This document shows positions 1 through 12,348 of a stretch of DNA of 64,000 nucleotides, piece by piece. How positions within the stretch are numbered: position 1 is the first letter of the stretch; each line of letters starts with the position of its first letter. Both the position numbers and the translations under genes were made by a program. Below the pieces are notes generated by a model. That model searched no databases. It was not told the DNA's origin and saw only the letters and a program-made list of their open reading frames with translations. This stretch comes from Hydrurus foetidus (taxonomy: Eukaryota): NCBI GenBank assembly GCA_900617105.1, contig UYFQ01000006.1:496001-560000 (forward strand), in the 5' to 3' direction.

Positions 1-2
1 TC

Positions 3-1001
3 GGTATGGGCATCGACAAGCCCGACGTGCGCTTTGTTGCTCACCTGGACATGCCCAAAAACATCGAAGGCTACTACCAAGAAACAGGCCGCGCAGGCCG
101 CGACGGCGCCGCCGCCCAAGCCTGGATGACCTACGGCCTGCAAGACGTGGTGAACCAGCGCCGCATGATTGACGAAAGTCCTGCGGGCGAAGAATTCAAG
201 CAGGTGATGCGTGGCAAACTGGACGCGCTGTTGGGCTTGGCTGAGGCCAGCGACTGCCGCCGGGTGCGTCTGCTGGGCTATTTTGGCGAAACCTCAACGC
301 CCTGCGGTAACTGTGACAACTGCCTGCAGCCGCCCAACGTGTGGGATGCGACAGAAACCGCCCGCAAACTGCTGTCCACCATCTACCGCGTGCAGCAAAT
401 GAGCAGCATCAGCTTTGGCGCAGGCCATTTGATGGACATCGTGCGCGGCAAACGCACCGAAAGAATGACCCAGTTCGGCCACACCGAGATCAGCACGTTT
501 GGCCTGTGCGCCCAGCACAGCGAAGCCGAGTTGCGCGGCGTCTTCCGCCAGCTCATCGCCATCGGGGCTGTCAACGTCAATGCCGAGGCGTACAACACGC
601 TGCAATTGACCGAAGCTTCACGCGCCGTGCTGAAGGGCGAGGTGCCGATCATGCTGCGCGAATCCACATCCAGCACCAACGCCGCTGACCGTAAAAGCAA
701 AGGCAGTACAAACAGCAAGCGCGACAAATCCAGCACCGCCAAACCCGTCGCAGCCGCCATCGCCGCCGCCTTGGATGCAGCAGGCCAAGCCCGCTTCGCC
801 GCCCTCAAAGCCTGGCGCGGCGAAGTCGCCCGCGAACACAACCTGCCCGCCTACGTGATCTTCCACGATGCGACCTTGGCCGCTATTGCCACTATCGCCC
901 CGCAAACCTTAAGCGACTTGCAGGGCGTGAGCGGGATTGGCGCGAAAAAACTGGAAGCGTATGGGGCGGAGGTCGTGCGGGTGTGCGAGGGCGTGAGTTA
1001 G
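3..1001 (+). CDS. recQ: ATP-dependent DNA helicase RecQ, C-terminal part (5' truncated by window edge)
   Basis: [12 protein letters not shown] and [12 protein letters not shown] helicase motifs, CRR...CGNCDNC Zn-binding RQC, HRDC ([12 protein letters not shown]). Confidence 0.97.
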   Translation, partial: GMGIDKPDVRFVAHLDMPKNIEGYYQETGRAGRDGAAAQAWMTYGLQDVVNQRRMIDESPAGEEFKQVMRGKLDALLGLAEASDCRRVRLLGYFGETSTPCGNCDNCLQPPNVWDATETARKLLSTIYRVQQMSSISFGAGHLMDIVRGKRTERMTQFGHTEISTFGLCAQHSEAELRGVFRQLIAIGAVNVNAEAYNTLQLTEASRAVLKGEVPIMLRESTSSTNAADRKSKGSTNSKRDKSSTAKPVAAAIAAALDAAGQARFAALKAWRGEVAREHNLPAYVIFHDATLAAIATIAPQTLSDLQGVSGIGAKKLEAYGAEVVRVCEGVS

Positions 1002-1018
1002 CCGAAGTTAACTCACGC
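991..1018. terminator. Hairpin between convergent recQ and gyrB, overlapping the recQ stop codon
   Basis: GCGTGAGTTA (991-1000) pairs with TAACTCACGC (1009-1018); no clear U tract. Confidence 0.5.
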
Positions 1019-1024
1019 GAGCCA

Positions 1025-3742
<2,718 letters not shown>

Positions 3743-3777
3743 GTGTACGTATTTGCTCTAGATTCAGTAGCTAACGG

Positions 3778-4887
3778 TCAAATGCGCATCGGCATCACGA
3801 CGTATTTGAAGTGAACATCGTCGGGGATGGTGATGAGCGCGGAGCTGTTGGAATCCGATAGCTCAATGACCACCATATCTTGCGGCATGTTTTGCAACAC
3901 GTCGATCAGGTAGGTAACGTTGAAGCCGATTTCAATGCTGTCGCCGGCGTAATCAATGTCCAACTCGTCCACGGCTTCTTCTTGCTCGGCGTTGTTCGAC
4001 GCGACGCGCAGGGTGCCGGGGTCGATGTTGAGCTTGACACCCTTGAACTTGTCGCTGGTCAAAATGGCGGTGCGTTGCAGCGAAGCCAACAGCGCCACGC
4101 GGCCCAGCGTGATGTGGTTTTTGTGGTTGCGCGGAATCACACGGTTGTAGTCGGGGAACTTGCCCTCGACCAACTTGGTGACGAATTCCATGCCTTCAAA
4201 GCTGAATTTGGCCTGGTTGTTGGCGAACTGCATGCTGATGACACCATCAGCGTTGTCGCTCAGCAGACGCTGCATTTCCACCACGGTTTTGCGCGGCAAG
4301 ATCACTTCTTGCTTGGGCACTTCCACGTCGAGCGTGGCGCTGGAGAAGGCCAAACGGTGGCCGTCGGTGGCAACCAAGCTGAGTTGCTTGCCTTCGGCGA
4401 CGAACAAAATACCGTTCAGGTAGTAGCGTATGTCATGCACCGCCATCGCGAACGAGACTTGGGCCAGCAGCGCTTTCAACGTCTTTTGGGGCACACTGAA
4501 CACCGGGCCAAAGCTGGCGGACTCTTGCACCAACGGGAAGTCTTCAGCAGGCAGGCTTTGCAGGGTAAAACGGCTTTTACCGCCCTTCAAAATAAGCTTT
4601 CCAGCACTGGATTCCAGGCTGACGGTTTGGTCGGCGGGCATGGTGCGCAAAATGTCGATCACTTTGCGCGCACCCACGGTGGTACTGAAATCGCCGCTGT
4701 CGCCTTCCAGCTCCGCTGAGGTGCGGATTTGAATTTCCAGATCACTGGTCGTCACCTCAATGGAGGGGCCGGTCTTACGGATCAGCACATTGGCCAGAAT
4801 GGGCAGGGTGTGACGGCGCTCGACAATGCCTGCAACAGATTGCAGCACCGCGAGAACTTTGTCTTGTGTCGCCTTGAGAACGATCAT
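3778..4887 (-). CDS. dnaN: DNA polymerase III beta sliding clamp
   Basis: ATDGHRL, RYYLNG, C-terminal YVVMPMRI; lies between dnaA and gyrB. Confidence 0.99.
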   Translation of the reverse strand: MIVLKATQDKVLAVLQSVAGIVERRHTLPILANVLIRKTGPSIEVTTSDLEIQIRTSAELEGDSGDFSTTVGARKVIDILRTMPADQTVSLESSAGKLILKGGKSRFTLQSLPAEDFPLVQESASFGPVFSVPQKTLKALLAQVSFAMAVHDIRYYLNGILFVAEGKQLSLVATDGHRLAFSSATLDVEVPKQEVILPRKTVVEMQRLLSDNADGVISMQFANNQAKFSFEGMEFVTKLVEGKFPDYNRVIPRNHKNHITLGRVALLASLQRTAILTSDKFKGVKLNIDPGTLRVASNNAEQEEAVDELDIDYAGDSIEIGFNVTYLIDVLQNMPQDMVVIELSDSNSSALITIPDDVHFKYVVMPMRI

Positions 4888-5045
4888 GTCAACCTCTTCT
4901 TTACTTCTTTATAAACTTAACTTTTATCTGCGCCTGATCTCAACCAGTCCAGCGGGTTTCAGCGAGATGGCCCAGGCCAATGTGCTGCATTGGAACGTCG
5001 AATACTACGTCGGATACAGGTTAACGCAGCATTTTCCTCTTTTTA

Positions 5046-6485
5046 CTAACCTTTGAGGGTTTGCTCCAGCACATGCAGCTGCTGGTTCAATTCCGTCATT
5101 TGCTGGCGCTCAGCTGCCATCTTGCGTACCGCGTGCAGCACCGTGGTGTGGTCACGCCCGCCGAACAATTCTCCAATTTCTGGAAGGCTCTTTTGTGTCA
5201 ACTCTTTGGCCAAATACATCGCAATTTGGCGAGGCCGCGCAATGCTGGCGGGTCGCTTCTTGGAATACATGTCGGCGACCTTGATTTTGTAGTAATCGGC
5301 CACCGTTTTTTGAATATTCTCGACCGAGATTTGCCGGTTTTGAATGGACAGCAAGTCACGCAAGGCTTCCCGCGCCAATTGGATCGAGATTTCTTTGTGG
5401 TTGAACCGCGAGTACGCCAAAATTTTGCGCAGCGCACCTTCCAATTCCCGCACGTTGGAGCGCACGTTTTTGGCGACAAAGAAGGCAACTTCTTCGGGCA
5501 TCTCGGAGCCTTCAGAGCGCGATTTGCTGATGAGAATGGCCACGCGCATTTCCAACTCTGGCGGCTCGATAGCGACCGTCAGACCGGCATCAAAGCGGGA
5601 CACCAGACGCTCGTGGATGTCCGCCAAACCCTTAGGGTAGGTGTCGCTGGTCATCACGATGTGTGATTTTTTGGTCAGCAAAGCCTCAAAGGCATTGAAG
5701 AACTCTTCTTGCGTGCGGTCTTTGTTGGCAAAAAACTGCACATCGTCAATCAGCAGCAAATCCAGCGAGTGGTAGCGCTCTTTGAACTCGTCAAAAGTTT
5801 TACGCTGGTAAGCTTTAACCACATCCGATACAAACTGCTCAGCATGGATGTAGAGAACTTTCGCCGCAGGCTTGTCTTCCAGCAATTTGGCACCGATCGC
5901 GTGCATCAAATGCGTCTTGCCCAGACCCACACCGCCGTAAATGAACAAGGGGTTGTACATGTGACCAGGGATGGTCGCAACGTGCATGGCTGCGGCGCGT
6001 GCCATGCGGTTGGCGGTGCCCTCGACCAGGGTGTCAAACGTCAGGGAAGCGTTAAGGCGGTTTTTGTGAACGGGCACCAGCACCTCGTCAACAGCCGCAT
6101 TCGACGCACTGGCCGTGATGGGCTCTGGACTGTCAATGGCATCATTGAAAATAGGAAGACGACTAGGTTTGGCGGGCTGCTCACGAGGAGCGAGCGCCAA
6201 CTCCAGCACAACAGGCGAGCCATAAATCTTCTCCACCAGCTGGGCAATGCGGTTAGCGTACTGCGCACGAACCCAATCTAATTTGAAACGGTTGGCGACG
6301 AAGATGGTGAGCTTGGAAAAGTCGTCAGTAGCCTCTGCCACCAGTGGCTTGATCCAGGTGTTGAACTGCTGTTCTGGCAGCTCTTGTGCCAGCACATCAA
6401 CGCAGCTGAGCCATAAACTTTGCCCGGCGTTCGGGTGAGAAGCGGTGCCTCGGGCAGCGGTAGCGGATAAATTCCCCTCGATCAT
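5046..6485 (-). CDS. dnaA: Chromosomal replication initiator DnaA
   Basis: [34 protein letters not shown]...GGRDHTTV; start placed at the MIEGN ATG. Confidence 0.99.
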   Translation of the reverse strand: MIEGNLSATAARGTASHPNAGQSLWLSCVDVLAQELPEQQFNTWIKPLVAEATDDFSKLTIFVANRFKLDWVRAQYANRIAQLVEKIYGSPVVLELALAPREQPAKPSRLPIFNDAIDSPEPITASASNAAVDEVLVPVHKNRLNASLTFDTLVEGTANRMARAAAMHVATIPGHMYNPLFIYGGVGLGKTHLMHAIGAKLLEDKPAAKVLYIHAEQFVSDVVKAYQRKTFDEFKERYHSLDLLLIDDVQFFANKDRTQEEFFNAFEALLTKKSHIVMTSDTYPKGLADIHERLVSRFDAGLTVAIEPPELEMRVAILISKSRSEGSEMPEEVAFFVAKNVRSNVRELEGALRKILAYSRFNHKEISIQLAREALRDLLSIQNRQISVENIQKTVADYYKIKVADMYSKKRPASIARPRQIAMYLAKELTQKSLPEIGELFGGRDHTTVLHAVRKMAAERQQMTELNQQLHVLEQTLKG

Positions 6486-6499
6486 TGTGTTGCGTACTC

Positions 6500-6558
6500 T
6501 GTGGACAGTTGGGGGTTCTTGAGGGGCGCGATTGTAGCTTGCCAGCGACTTATCCACA
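6500..6558. promoter_or_regulatory. DnaA boxes upstream of dnaA (likely autoregulatory)
   Basis: Perfect TTATCCACA at 6550-6558; TGTGGACAG at 6500-6508 (2 mismatches, opposite orientation). Confidence 0.75.
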
Positions 6559-6633
6559 TGCTACTGACAGGGTATTTTGCAGTGCTTGAGCAGCGAGTGA
6601 ATTCAAAAAAATACCAAGTAACTGCGTAAGTTA

Positions 6634-6662
6634 TTGCCGGGCCAACCAAAGTTTGTGATAAT
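6634..6662 (+). promoter_or_regulatory. Sigma70-type promoter of the rpmH operon
   Basis: TTGCCG-N17-GATAAT with an extended -10 TG. Confidence 0.6.
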
Positions 6663-6722
6663 GCTAGGTTTTCCCGTTCTGATGCAGTTGTACAGAACGC
6701 CCTGTTTTCCTAGGATACGACA

Positions 6723-6857
6723 ATGAAACGCACTTACCAACCCTCCAAAATCCGCCGCGCCCGTACCCATGGGTTTCTGGTTCGCATGAAAACCCGTGGT
6801 GGCCGTGCCGTCATCAACGCTCGTCGCGCCAAGGGCCGCAAGCGTCTGGCTGTCTAA
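6723..6857 (+). CDS. rpmH: 50S ribosomal protein L34 (44 aa; absent from the ORF track)
   Basis: Hand translation [44 protein letters not shown]; divergent from dnaA. Confidence 0.99.
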   Translation: MKRTYQPSKIRRARTHGFLVRMKTRGGRAVINARRAKGRKRLAV

Positions 6858-6906
6858 TTTCTCTGGCTGCTTTTAGCTCGTAGACCGTCGCGCGGCTCTG
6901 TTTCAG

Positions 6907-7374
6907 GTGCAGCGCCTTCAGTCTCGTGTGCAGTTTCAAGCCGTTTTGGCGGGTCGAACCCTGGCAAAAACGGCACATTTCGCCTTGCATCACTTAGCTT
7001 TACCTGTGTCACCGCCGGTTTTGATAGGAGAGACCACGGTGGAGAACGCCTTGCCTAATCTGTTTCTCGGCCACAGTTTGTGGCTGGGGGCTATGGTGCC
7101 TAAACGCTGGGCCAAACGGGCGGTGACACGCAATGCCATCAAACGCCAGATTTACACCGTCACAGGTCAGTTTGACGCGGGTGCGTTTTCGGGCGCGCCC
7201 CCTGCTGCGTATGTGCTGAGGTTGCGTGCTAGCTTTGACAAAAAGCAGTTTGTCAGCGCCACATCGGAGCTGCTCAAACAAGCCGTCAGGGCGGAATTGC
7301 TCGTGCTCATGGCCCGGGCAGGAGCCAGCTATGCAGGGTTTGATGCCACACATCCAACCACACGCCCATGCTGA
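6907..7374 (+). CDS. rnpA: Ribonuclease P protein component
   Basis: RNR motif VPKRWAKRAVTRNAIKR; synteny. Confidence 0.93.
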   Translation: MQRLQSRVQFQAVLAGRTLAKTAHFALHHLALPVSPPVLIGETTVENALPNLFLGHSLWLGAMVPKRWAKRAVTRNAIKRQIYTVTGQFDAGAFSGAPPAAYVLRLRASFDKKQFVSATSELLKQAVRAELLVLMARAGASYAGFDATHPTTRPC

Positions 7375-7619
7375 AAAACCTGTTGATCGGTCTCGTCAAA
7401 GGCTACCGCTTGTTGCTCAGCCCAACGCTTGGCAACGCCTGTCGGTTTGAGCCCACCTGCTCGGTGTACGCTATTCAAGCATTGAATCAGCACGGTGCTG
7501 CCGCGGGCAGCTACCTCACGCTGCGGCGCATTGCGCGCTGCAACCCTTGGTGCAAGGGCGGCCACGATGCTGTGCCCACCACCCTTGCTCCTCTTTTCTC
7601 ACACAAGTCATCCTCATGA
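7368..7619 (+). CDS. yidD: Membrane protein insertion efficiency factor
   Basis: CRFEPTCSVYA and RCNPWCKGGHD. Confidence 0.95.
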   Translation: MLKNLLIGLVKGYRLLLSPTLGNACRFEPTCSVYAIQALNQHGAAAGSYLTLRRIARCNPWCKGGHDAVPTTLAPLFSHKSSS

Positions 7620-9367
7620 ACGATATTCGCCGCACCATTCTGTGGGTGATCTTTGGGTTTTCCATGGTTCTGTTATGGGATCAGTGGCAGGTTCACAACG
7701 GTCAAAAGCCGATGTTTGCCTTTTTACCGTCGCAACAAACGGCGCTGGTCAACAAATCTGCACCCACTGCGGGCGGCGCAGTGGCCCCAAGCGTCAGCGC
7801 ATCTGCCGTGCCTTCAGCCGTGCAAAGCAGCGCCACAGGCGCTGCTTTGCCGCCTAGCCCCTCGACAGCCGCACCCTCTACACCACGCGAAAAAATCGTG
7901 GTCAGCACCGACAAGTTGAAACTGACGTTCGACACCGAAGGCGGCACTCTGGTGAAAGCCGAGTTGCTGGGCCAAATCGACATGGAGGACAAAAACAAAA
8001 ACTTTGTATTGCTTGACGAAAGCACCAACCGTGTTTACACCGCACAAACGGGTTTGATCGGTGCCGCAGCAGGCACCCCAGCCTTCCCCACCCACAAAAC
8101 ATTGATGACAGTGTTGCCCGGTGAACGCACGCTCAAAGACGGCAGCAATGAACTGGTGGTGACGTTCGAGTCACCCAATGAAGGCGGCATCCAAGTAGTG
8201 AAGACCTGGACGCTCAAGCGTGGCGCGTATGACATCGCCGTCAAGCACGACGTGATTAACCACGGCAGTACCACCCAATCGCCCCAGTTGTATTTGCAAC
8301 TCGTGCGCGATGGCAACAAGCCTGTGGGCGAATCGTCGTTCTACTCCACATTCACCGGCCCTGCGGTGTACACCACCGAGAAGAAGTACCAAAAAGTCGA
8401 ATTCACGGACATTGAGAAGAACAAGATCGACATCGAAAAGACCGGCACCGACGGCTATGTCGCGATGGTGCAGCATTACTTTGCCAGCGCTTGGGTACTC
8501 AATGGTGCAGTGGACAAAGAGGGCAAAGCCCAGCCCCTCAAGCGTGACCTGTTCATGCGCAAGGTGGACACCAACCTGTACGCTGTGGGCATGATTACCG
8601 GGCTGGACAACATCGCTCCCGCCACCCGCAAGTCTGTAGATGCCATCTTTTATGTCGGCCCCCAAGAAGAGAAAAAGCTCGAAGCCCTCGCCCCTGGTCT
8701 GGACTTGGTGAAAGACTACGGCTGGCTGACCATCATGGCCAAGCCGCTGTACTGGTTGCTTGACCAGCTGCACACGCTGATTGGCAACTGGGGCTGGTCC
8801 ATCATGGCGCTGGTGCTGCTTATCAAAATTGCCTTCTACTGGCTGACCGCCAAAGGCTACGAGAGCATGGGCAAAATGAAAGCCATCAACCCCAAGATCA
8901 TGGAAATGCGTGAGCGCTTGAAAGACAAGCCGCAAGAAATGCAACAAGAGATGATGCGCATTTACCGCGAAGAGAAAGTCAACCCGATGGGTGGCTGCCT
9001 GCCGATGGTGGTGCAGATTCCTGTGTTTATCGCCTTGTACTGGGTGCTGCTTTCCACCGTTGAAATGCGCAACGCCCCTTGGGCGCTGTGGATTCATGAC
9101 TTGGCTTCACCTGATCCGTACTTTATTTTGCCTTTGGTGATGACCTTGACCACGCTGGTGCAAACCGCGCTGAACCCCGCACCACCCGACCCGATGCAAG
9201 CCAAAATGATGTGGATCATGCCGCTGGCGTTCTCGGTGATGTTCTTCTTTTTCCCGTCCGGCCTGGTGCTCTACTGGATCACGAACAATGTGCTGTCTAT
9301 AGCCCAGCAGTGGATTATCAATACGCGAATGGGCGTTCCTCCGCAGTTCAACATGCCGAAGTTCTGA
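7616..9367 (+). CDS. yidC: Membrane protein insertase YidC
   Basis: MNDIRRTILW start overlapping the yidD stop (ATGA); GNWGWSI, NPMGGCLP, GLVLYWITNN. Confidence 0.98.
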   Translation: MNDIRRTILWVIFGFSMVLLWDQWQVHNGQKPMFAFLPSQQTALVNKSAPTAGGAVAPSVSASAVPSAVQSSATGAALPPSPSTAAPSTPREKIVVSTDKLKLTFDTEGGTLVKAELLGQIDMEDKNKNFVLLDESTNRVYTAQTGLIGAAAGTPAFPTHKTLMTVLPGERTLKDGSNELVVTFESPNEGGIQVVKTWTLKRGAYDIAVKHDVINHGSTTQSPQLYLQLVRDGNKPVGESSFYSTFTGPAVYTTEKKYQKVEFTDIEKNKIDIEKTGTDGYVAMVQHYFASAWVLNGAVDKEGKAQPLKRDLFMRKVDTNLYAVGMITGLDNIAPATRKSVDAIFYVGPQEEKKLEALAPGLDLVKDYGWLTIMAKPLYWLLDQLHTLIGNWGWSIMALVLLIKIAFYWLTAKGYESMGKMKAINPKIMEMRERLKDKPQEMQQEMMRIYREEKVNPMGGCLPMVVQIPVFIALYWVLLSTVEMRNAPWALWIHDLASPDPYFILPLVMTLTTLVQTALNPAPPDPMQAKMMWIMPLAFSVMFFFFPSGLVLYWITNNVLSIAQQWIINTRMGVPPQFNMPKF

Positions 9368-9383
9368 ACTTTCTGAGCCTCTG

Positions 9384-9417
9384 ACAACAAAGCCGCTGAA
9401 AAGCGGCTTTGTTGTTT
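9384..9417. terminator. Bidirectional intrinsic terminator after yidC
   Basis: ACAACAAAGCCGCT-GAAA-AGCGGCTTTGTTGT, perfect 14-bp stem. Confidence 0.85.
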
Positions 9418-9436
9418 CAGGAAGGCTGCGGTGTAA

Positions 9437-10084
9437 TCAGAACGTGTAGTCGGCCCGAAAAAACACCAAGCCCACGGTGCCATTGCCGCCAAAGCGCATG
9501 ACTACAGTTCGGGAATCGCCTAAAAACCGCCCCAAACTGGCACCTGTGGCATACGACCAGCGATCGTACAGCGGCCCTGTCAGCATGAAGCCGCCGCGCA
9601 CGTCCCGCAGTCCGCTCGCAGGCAGCGCCAAGACATAAGCCCCTATCGAGCCCACGCCTTGTCCTGCCACTTGCCCCGCCATCTGACCGGTGATGTAGCC
9701 CATTTGCTCTTGGCCCGCGCTGCTGTTCAGCCAGCTGGTGGTCGCTGTCAGCCCCAGCTGGGTTTGGTCAGTCACGGCAAATTGCGAACGCAACTGCACA
9801 TCAACCTCCACCCCGCGTGCATTCCAGCCGGAGCCCAGGCGCACATGGCTGTGTAAGCCTAAGCGCTGTGGAATCAGGCTGTAGCTGATAAATGCGCTGG
9901 GTGCCAGCTCACTGCGGGTGTTGCTGATACTGCTGACAGTACGGGCCATGCCGTCATACCGGGCTGTGGCTTTAACGCCATAGGTCAACGCACTCTCGGG
10001 CGTGACGTGGATGGATTGCGACTGTGCGGCGCTGCTCAGCGCCAGAGTGACGATCCATAAAGACAGGTTTGGTGCGATTTTCAT
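9437..10084 (-). CDS. Putative outer-membrane beta-barrel protein, MipA/OmpV-like (215 aa)
   Basis: Signal peptide MKIAPNLSLWIVTLALSSAAQS, alternating beta-strand pattern, C-terminal ADYTF beta-signal. Confidence 0.55.
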   Translation of the reverse strand: MKIAPNLSLWIVTLALSSAAQSQSIHVTPESALTYGVKATARYDGMARTVSSISNTRSELAPSAFISYSLIPQRLGLHSHVRLGSGWNARGVEVDVQLRSQFAVTDQTQLGLTATTSWLNSSAGQEQMGYITGQMAGQVAGQGVGSIGAYVLALPASGLRDVRGGFMLTGPLYDRWSYATGASLGRFLGDSRTVVMRFGGNGTVGLVFFRADYTF

Positions 10085-10240
10085 ACAAATTCCTGGCTGT
10101 TTGAGCTCAGCATAAACCTGAAAATCAGTGCGTGCAATGTGAGTAATGGCCGAAACACCTTGTTGTAGGGGCTTTACGAGGGTGCATGGGTTTTGGCGGC
10201 ACATACCCCCGTTCTGGGCAATGCCCCGACAATCGCCCCC

Positions 10241-11620
10241 ATGTTGCGCACCTCCCTTGACCCCATCGTCGCTATCGCCACCGCCTCTGGGCGCGGAGCG
10301 GTTGGCATCATCCGCTTGTCTGGCCCCTCGTTGGGCGATCTCGTCCAGGTGCTTTGTGGCCGCGCACTGCGACCTCGTGAGGCCACTTACCTCAAGCTGC
10401 ACGCAGCCGATGGCAGTGTGATTGACCAGGGGCTGGCCCTCCACTTCCCCGCACCACACTCGTACACCGGTGAAGAAGTGCTGGAGCTGCAAGTCCACGG
10501 TGGTCCGGTCGTGCTGCAACTGCTGTTGGCCCGTTGCTTAGAGGCAGGTGCCACGCAGGGTCTGCGCTTGGCACGCCCTGGCGAGTTCACCGAGCGGGCT
10601 TTTTTGAACGACAAAATAGACCTCGCCCAAGCCGAGGCGATTGCCGATTTGATCGACGCCAGTACCGAGGCCGCCGCCCGCAGCGCCAGCCGCTCGCTCG
10701 CCGGTGAGTTCTCCAACGAAGTTCACCACTTGCGTGATGGCCTGATTCACCTGCGGATGCTGGTCGAGGCGACGCTGGATTTCCCAGAGGAAGAAATTGA
10801 CTTCCTGCGCAAGGCAGATGCGCACGGACAGCTATTGAATTTGCAGCAATCTCTGCGCCAATTGTTTGACCGTGCCCGCCAAGGTGCGTTGCTGCGCGAA
10901 GGCATCAAAGTAGTGATAGCCGGGCAACCGAACGCAGGCAAAAGCTCGCTGCTGAACGCCCTGGCTGGGGCCGAGCTGGCCATCGTCACCCCAGTAGCCG
11001 GCACCACCCGCGATGTGGTCACGCAGACGATTCAAATTGAAGGCATCCCTGTGCATGTGGTGGACACCGCCGGGCTGCGTAACAGCAGCGACGAGGTAGA
11101 GCAAATCGGCATTGCACGCGCTTGGGGACAGATTGAAAGCGCTGATGCCGTGCTTTTTTTGCATGATTTAACACGAAGAAATGCTATTGAATACATAGCT
11201 TCTGACGCTGATATAGCAAGCTCCATAGCCCAAAAACTTCCCCCTTCTGTGCCGGTGATCGACGTGTGGAACAAGCTCGACAGCGCAGGGGATGTATCGG
11301 ACCTGCCCGCCGGGCTTCATCTGTCCGCCAAAACAGGTGCAGGTCTGCAGACCTTGCGCCAACGCTTGCTGACCGTTGGCGGCTGGCAAACCCACCCCGA
11401 GGGCGTGTTCATCGCCCGCGAACGCCACCTGCATGCCTTGCGCCGCGCCCAAACCCATGTGGACGAAGCCATGGCACAGTTGAATGTAACCGTGCCTGCA
11501 TTAGATCTGCTGGCCGAGGAATTGCGCCTGTCTCAAAGCGCCTTGAACGACATTACCGGTGAATTCAGCGCTGATGATCTCTTGGGCGTGATTTTTTCTC
11601 AATTTTGCATTGGTAAATAG
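10241..11620 (+). CDS. mnmE: tRNA modification GTPase MnmE
   Basis: [35 protein letters not shown]-terminal FSQFCIGK. Confidence 0.98.
   Translation: MLRTSLDPIVAIATASGRGAVGIIRLSGPSLGDLVQVLCGRALRPREATYLKLHAADGSVIDQGLALHFPAPHSYTGEEVLELQVHGGPVVLQLLLARCLEAGATQGLRLARPGEFTERAFLNDKIDLAQAEAIADLIDASTEAAARSASRSLAGEFSNEVHHLRDGLIHLRMLVEATLDFPEEEIDFLRKADAHGQLLNLQQSLRQLFDRARQGALLREGIKVVIAGQPNAGKSSLLNALAGAELAIVTPVAGTTRDVVTQTIQIEGIPVHVVDTAGLRNSSDEVEQIGIARAWGQIESADAVLFLHDLTRRNAIEYIASDADIASSIAQKLPPSVPVIDVWNKLDSAGDVSDLPAGLHLSAKTGAGLQTLRQRLLTVGGWQTHPEGVFIARERHLHALRRAQTHVDEAMAQLNVTVPALDLLAEELRLSQSALNDITGEFSADDLLGVIFSQFCIGK
11183..11238 (+). repeat. Dispersed two-palindrome motif, copy inside mnmE
   Basis: GCTAT TGAATAC ATAGC TTCTGA CGCTGATATAGCAAGCTC; reads [13 protein letters not shown]. 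Confidence 0.75.
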
Positions 11621-11663
11621 ATGGCACATGTTTCACGGGTTAACACGAACCTCGAAGGTTAAA

Positions 11664-11686
11664 TGCACCGAATTGGTGTTTTTTTT
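11664..11686 (+). terminator. Possible intrinsic terminator after mnmE
   Basis: GCACCG-AAT-TGGTGT followed by a T run; also resembles an NtrC-type TGCACC-N5-GGTGCA site. Confidence 0.5.
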
Positions 11687-11855
11687 GGTAATTAATCACA
11701 AAATTTAATAGGCAAGGTCAGACATAATTTCAACGCTTACTGGGTGCATTGACGGCCAATTTTCAGGCTACAACCCGGCTTACTCGCGGCCAGTGTGCCT
11801 GCACGGTGTGATGCATTGAACCAGACGCTCAACCGTGCCCTACTTTGAGCATCCT

Positions 11856-12329
11856 ATGTCTTGGTTAGACCGCATCTTTGGCCGGCCCAACAGCTTGGAA
11901 TTGGATGAAGTGACGCGCTTGCAGATGCCAGAGCGCCGCCGAAAATCTACGCCCAGCACTGGCATTGCAGCAACCAAAATCCTCAATCCTGCGCACAGCC
12001 GCCGCCGCAGTGACCGTGCGGCAAGGCGTGATCTGCTGCAAGCCGTGGTACGCGAAGCATTGGCAGATTTAGGGGTGCTGTCGCTCCATTACAAGTTCAA
12101 GGTGATGTCGGTTGACCAAGAAGGCACCCAGTTTGTGGTACTGATTGACTTATCGCTGGCCTTCAGTGCCGATATTCCCTTGCTGAAGAAAATGGAAATG
12201 GCCATTATTCATCGCGCTCTCAGCCTGCATCATTTGACAATCAATGCCGTCTTTTGGCGCAGAACGAACACCATCGAACGCAAACCCACTAACGTGGCAG
12301 GTCATAGCCAATACGGAGATTTACGCTGA
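11856..12329 (+). CDS. Hypothetical protein
   Basis: Fills the gap between mnmE and the antiporter; LLQAVVREAL...YKFKVMSVD resembles Comamonadaceae hypotheticals (from memory); start uncertain (11835 GTG or 11856 ATG). Confidence 0.7.
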   Translation: MSWLDRIFGRPNSLELDEVTRLQMPERRRKSTPSTGIAATKILNPAHSRRRSDRAARRDLLQAVVREALADLGVLSLHYKFKVMSVDQEGTQFVVLIDLSLAFSADIPLLKKMEMAIIHRALSLHHLTINAVFWRRTNTIERKPTNVAGHSQYGDLR

Positions 12330-12348
12330 TGGAGATACTTCGTAGGCG

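Noticed and set aside
882..898. GCTAT-N7-ATCGC in recQ, and GCTTT-N5-CTAGC at 14352, as motif copies
   Set aside because: No arm 2, and wrong spacer composition or length
6534..6580. Resemblance of the dnaA upstream region (GTAGC...CGACTTATCCACATGC...ATTTTG) to the dispersed motif
   Set aside because: Needs extra bases and lacks the left half of arm 1; may be coincidence
4888..6722. oriC next to dnaA
   Set aside because: Only one perfect and one or two weak DnaA boxes, no box cluster in either flanking spacer, and no mnmG/parAB nearby; the origin cannot be placed from this window
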